64,000 nt of DNA, taken from assembly GCA_965112735.1 (NCBI GenBank), contig OZ218953.1, forward strand, positions 2,170,001 to 2,234,000. Reading direction: 5' to 3'. The notes under the pieces are model-generated. The model saw nothing but the letters and a program-made list of their open reading frames with translations. It was not told where the DNA came from and made no database searches. This stretch comes from Phaeosaccion multiseriatum (taxonomy: Eukaryota > Protista > Ochrophyta, other classes). Within the stretch, counting starts at the first letter, position 1, and the number at the start of each line of letters is the position of its first letter. The translations under genes and the position numbers were made by a program. This document shows, one piece after another, positions 62,814 through 64,000 of this stretch.

Positions 62814-64000
62814 TGCGTGTGTGTGTGAGAGAGTGTGGGTGTGTACGTGTGGGTGCGCACGTGCGTGCTTGAGGAAAAAAAGAAGAGGGAACCAAGGCGA
62901 GGGGCAGAGAGAGAGGGAGAGAGCGAGAGAGCGGCGGAGAGATGATTTCACCGCCACATCTTCGAAAACCCTTCACGCACTCACTCACTCACTCACTCAC
63001 TTACCGCTCTCATTGGCGTAGTACAGCTGATTGAGAACGAAAGAAGGGAGAGACACGCACGCATACACGGACATACACGAAGCTTAAAGTGAGGGAAAAC
63101 AGCACACATTCGACGGTTAAGAGGTAAAGGGCAATCGTAGGGGCATGCGCAGCTTTGTGTGTGTATCTACACTTGCATCGTGCGTGGATGGAGCCCTGGT
63201 ACTCTCTCCAAGTGTTCAGACTAGCTGACTGATACATGACATAGCGAGACGTCGGTACAGGCATATAGGTGTGGGTAGGCATTGGTTCAGATGGGCGGCG
63301 CTGCTTGAGCTCCTGAGCTTCCCTGCTTCGTCCCTTCACTTTCCTTTCTTCCTTCCTTCCGTTCTTCCTTGTTCCTTCATTCCTTCGCTCCCTACTTCTC
63401 CCTTTCCTTCCCTTTCCTCTCTCTCGCCCTCCCTCCCCCCCTCTCTGTATCACCAACTCCTCACCTTGGGATCATCTCCAGTGGGGCAAGACCTGAGGCT
63501 GCAGTCATATCCCGTCCAGTCTGACGCGTTGTGGTAGGAAGGCGCCCCACTCGTGTAGCCAGAAGTGGCACAGTGACAGCCCATCATCTGAAAGACACAC
63601 CAAGAGTGGAGTTTAGAGTGGGTGGGTGGAGACCAATAGAAACGTCAGTCCAGAAGACAAGGGCAGGGGAAGAGAGAGAGAGGGGAGGGAGTCAGTAGCA
63701 TGTGGTGTGCAAAACTGGACCAACCCACCGACCGACTGACCGACTGACCGACTGACCGACTGACCTGGTCAGCATCCCACGTGGCAGAAGCGTTGGCCGT
63801 CGACCCGTACGACACAGGCGCGGGGTTCAAATCCGAATCGGTGGCAAGGAGGGCAAGCTGACGCATGGTCAAGCATTGGCCATGGCCCGAGCAGTAGGAG
63901 CCTGTTTCTGTAAAGCCGGGGCATGTATGACGCTCGCAAGCACCGCCTTCGTGACCAGTGTGGCACACGCATTCCCCGGTGGAGCGGTCGCATTTACCCT
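61863..64000 (-). CDS. Cys-rich EGF-repeat protein of the stramenopile mastigoneme (Sig1/Ocm-like) type; 5' part outside the window
   Basis: CDRSTGECVCHTGHEGGACERHTCP...CSGHGQCLTMRQLA...TWDADQMMGCHC...WTGYDCSLRSCPTGDDPK and C-terminal PCSDHGLCDSATGVCECFGGWGSSDGDGNIGHRNDCG. The WDA...GC.C...W.GYDCS.R.CP.GDDP pattern is typical of this family. Confidence 0.75.

Noticed and set aside
1-64000. rRNA, tRNA or prokaryotic systems (operons, CRISPR-Cas, retrons)
   Set aside because: No recognisable RNA-gene or prokaryotic signatures were seen, and the window is spliceosomal-intron-rich eukaryotic DNA. Small ncRNAs such as intronic snoRNAs cannot be excluded without a covariance-model search.

Overview
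Gene-dense, intron-rich eukaryotic DNA, most likely from a photosynthetic stramenopile (ochrophyte) alga that can make flagella. The clues are a mastigoneme-type EGF protein, a signal-peptide + 'AAAF' bipartite plastid presequence, WRKY19-like CCCH zinc fingers, LZTFL1 and LRRC43. Introns are mostly 100-450 nt and full of microsatellites, so most ORF-track entries are repeat artefacts. By splicing exons by hand I reconstruct 15 protein-coding genes: LZTFL1 (partial), an LRRC43-like LRR protein, a ~2000-aa P-loop kinase/F-box/Bles03 (DUF1917) protein, a tandem METTL21-type methyltransferase, a PPR protein, RRP12, a two-RRM hnRNP/Musashi-like protein, a SIL1/HSPBP1-like protein, BET3/TRAPPC3, a THEM4-like thioesterase, a plastid NiCoT/UreH-like transporter, a WRKY19-like zinc-finger protein, an FN3-nucleoredoxin fusion, an N-acylated HPt protein and a mastigoneme-like EGF protein (partial). 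The window also holds a 526-bp MITE, a 32-bp minisatellite, a 1.1-kb (GTT)n tract and a possible pseudogene. The most striking observation is in the zinc-finger gene, which appears to contain four consecutive single-nucleotide (G) exons. Each sits in an AG|G|GTAAGT context, and together they supply exactly the 4 nt needed to restore both the frame and the C-x4-C-x9-C-x2-H finger spacing. All gene models are manual and unverified by transcripts or database searches.
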